From Tubulanus polymorphus (lineage: Eukaryota; Animalia; Nemertea), in contig NC_134034.1 of assembly GCF_964204645.1 (NCBI RefSeq), positions 7,512,862 through 7,576,861 of the forward strand: a stretch of DNA of 64,000 nt. Direction: 5' to 3'. The notes beneath the pieces were generated by a model. That model saw only the letters and a program-made list of their open reading frames with translations, did not search any database and was not told the DNA's origin. Each line of letters starts with the position of its first letter. Position 1 is the stretch's first letter. Below, piece after piece: positions 61,532 through 64,000 of the stretch. Position numbers and translations under genes: made by a program.

Positions 61532-63439
61532 CTGAAAATTCGAAAGAAAAAACTAAAAAGTTGTTATTTGATGGATCCACTTTTTAAGACAAGAGATGAA
61601 AAGCATATAGCATGCCAAGTCCCCTGTTTTTGGATAGTGTTTTCTGAGATATGATCCTGAAAAACTGATGTTGAATTTTGCGGTACTCGAAAAACGCCTA
61701 ATGAAATACACCGAATCGGAAAACGCATAATGCCTAATTCCTAGAAAATGACCTAATTTCGTAATTGCACCATCTACTGAGACTCACAATCCAACTCATC
61801 AACGGAACAGTTTGAAAATACATGTGTTTTACGCTTCACGAAACGAGACTACTACTCTAATAAACTTCATTATAGGATGATGATAGAATGTCCGCCGTGC
61901 AAGCAATTAATTACATAATGCCATAGAAGTGTAAACTGTGTAACACTTCTATGATAACGCGAAAACAAACGCCGCGGTTATAAACCGGCTTTCTTGAATT
62001 TTGAAACCGGAATGCATAAATATGGTACAACCTACGCTCGTAGGTACAACGCACACAAAGACTGATAAAATAGCCTTTCTCAAAATTATACTCCAAAACT
62101 GTTCACAACTACGCTAATGTGAACCTACCGAACCAATGAGAGACTAAATAATGTCCAGCCCCTGAACTTCCTTGAACAAAAAATAATAAACTATATGCTC
62201 CATATAATATATAATATGATATATAAAAATATGATGTCTTTTATTATCATAATACTCTGTCTTAATATGGAATAATAACACAGATAAGCCTGTGTAACCA
62301 AAGACAGTAGAAACGAAGATGGAACAGGCGGCGCTCCACGCACTCCGACGTGAACAATGTAGCGTTGCGTACATAGTTCACGCAGGGATTTAGGTCAATT
62401 TCTTGGATGTTACTTGAATAAGGCGTTATGCGTTTTACGATTCGGTGTTTTTCATTAGGCGTTTTTCGAATACCGTGAATTTTGCACAGGGTACAGGACC
62501 ATGGACTAAGTAAATTTGATGAAATAAATTTAGAGTATAAAGAAGAAATACCATATATACTTGAATAAAATTCGACTTCATGTAAAAGTCGACCATGCTG
62601 GGTTAACAGAAGACATTCAGGATGAATGAGGATCCATTTTGAAACAAGTGCAAGTTTAAAGTTGGCTTTTCTGATTTGATAAACAACACCTTTCGGATTT
62701 TACAATCAAAGTCAGAGTTAGTCTAAAATCTTGAATTCTCTAAAATCTTGAATTTGTTTTCATTGAAGTCCTGACTACAAGTGGAACAAACAGTTAAATG
62801 TTGTCCTAGGCCTATAGCAGATTTGTTTGTTGTTTGTTCGATGCTCTTTAACTCGCGTAGCTAGATGTTCAGTTTTTCCAATGAAGGAAAAGTTTACTCT
62901 ACATAGACAACTACTATTGTATGCAATTTCTGATCTTTCCCACAAACAGTATGGAGGAATAGCCCACATATGGTATGGAATTGATAAACTTCCTCATGTT
63001 CTATCTGTTAATACATCTGTTAACATATTGCGGACCATCTAATTCTTTAGTGAAAACCTGCGAAGTAACAGATATTGTAAAATCTAAATAACATACAGTT
63101 GACTAAACCTATGTTCTATTTAAATGGACATTAAATAAACATAACAGTTGCACAGTCTTAACTTAAAAGTCCAAAAATGGTCTTGAATCTTAAGAATGGT
63201 CTTTAGTTGCAAGATTGGTTATAGAACTAAGTTGGTCTAAGACTGGTCTTAAGTCTAAGCCATGACTATGCAACAGGCCCAAGTATTCAAACATATTCGG
63301 AAGACACTTGATATAAAATTTTTACCTATTTCTAAAAAAATCGTCTCTGTTTGAGTATCTAACCAGAATGAGGCAAAGCCTCTACTGCCCAAAAAGTTAC
63401 AGGGTCTGTGGTAAATGAGTAAGAAATATCGAGGCCACA

Positions 63440-63950
63440 ATTATTTCTATAGGAATGATATTAGAGAACATGTGTACCAAGTGTAAAAAATTGATCAACA
63501 TTTGCAGCCTGTAGGCTGTTTTCCCCTGATGGCCATAATTTGAATCGGCCTAAAATTGCGGCCTCTAGGCTGTTAACGTTGTATTTCAGGTCAGCCCCCT
63601 GGTGGCCATAGTTTGAATCGAATCGACCCGATCTTAAATAAATGGGGTTTTGGCCCAAGTGATACCCTACTTGTGTACCAAGTTTGAAATAAAAATCGGT
63701 CAACAATTGCGGCCTCTAGGCTGTTAACTTCGTTTTTCATGTCGGCCTCCTTGTGGCAATAATTTGAATTAAATCAATCCAATTTTAAATCGGCTTCTGG
63801 CCCAAGTGATATCCTACTTGTCTACCAAGTTTGAAAAGAATCGATCATCAATTGCGACCTCTAGGCTGTTGACGTTTTTCATGTCGGCCCCCAGGTGGCC
63901 ATAATTTGAATCGAATCGACCCAATTTTAAATAGGGTTCTGGCCCATATA
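63440..63950. repeat. Degenerate ~130-150-bp tandem repeat
   Basis: Recurrent TTGCGGCCTCTAGGCTGTT and GGCCATAATTTGAATCG motifs. Confidence 0.75.
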
Positions 63951-64000
63951 ATATGGTTCTGTTCAGTTACAACCCGCACATGACCATGTGCTGTGGCTTG

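Overview
Eukaryotic, most likely marine-invertebrate, genomic DNA. About 50 kb is a nested stack of mobile elements, followed by two exons of a host C2H2 zinc-finger gene. The main features are endogenous Polinton/Maverick-type (Polinton-like virus) elements. Copy B (20318-40139) is complete, with a 6-bp TSD AGTGTC, ~462-bp TIRs, pPolB, rve integrase with chromodomain, A32-like packaging ATPase, probable major and minor capsid proteins, an HNH nuclease and several membrane proteins; no recognisable protease. Copy A (window start to 12760) is a close relative in inverted orientation, and copy C (~14850-17281) is an older divergent relic. Four unusual properties are visible directly. (1) Each end is a 269-bp imperfect palindrome. 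(2) Almost all structural genes start with TAAATG, usually downstream of a T-run, like poxvirus late promoters. (3) A separate 4.4-kb element (40635-45017, TSD AAGATG) shares the Polinton terminal sequence but has no polymerase, integrase or capsid, so it looks like a satellite or second segment. (4) Copies A and B share two in-frame TGA codons in the integrase and swap genes at defined slots. Copy B and the satellite interrupt two divergent genes, a DUF3987-like P-loop gene and a Merlin/ISXO2 transposase; both reading frames rejoin across the TSDs. Also present: a 3.8-kb inverted duplication with template-switch junctions, BEL/Pao fragments with LTRs, a Penelope element with a hammerhead ribozyme, a Tigger/pogo transposon, Helentron-like (HINE) repeats and SINE/LINE fragments. 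All family assignments come from motif recognition by eye, not from database searches.
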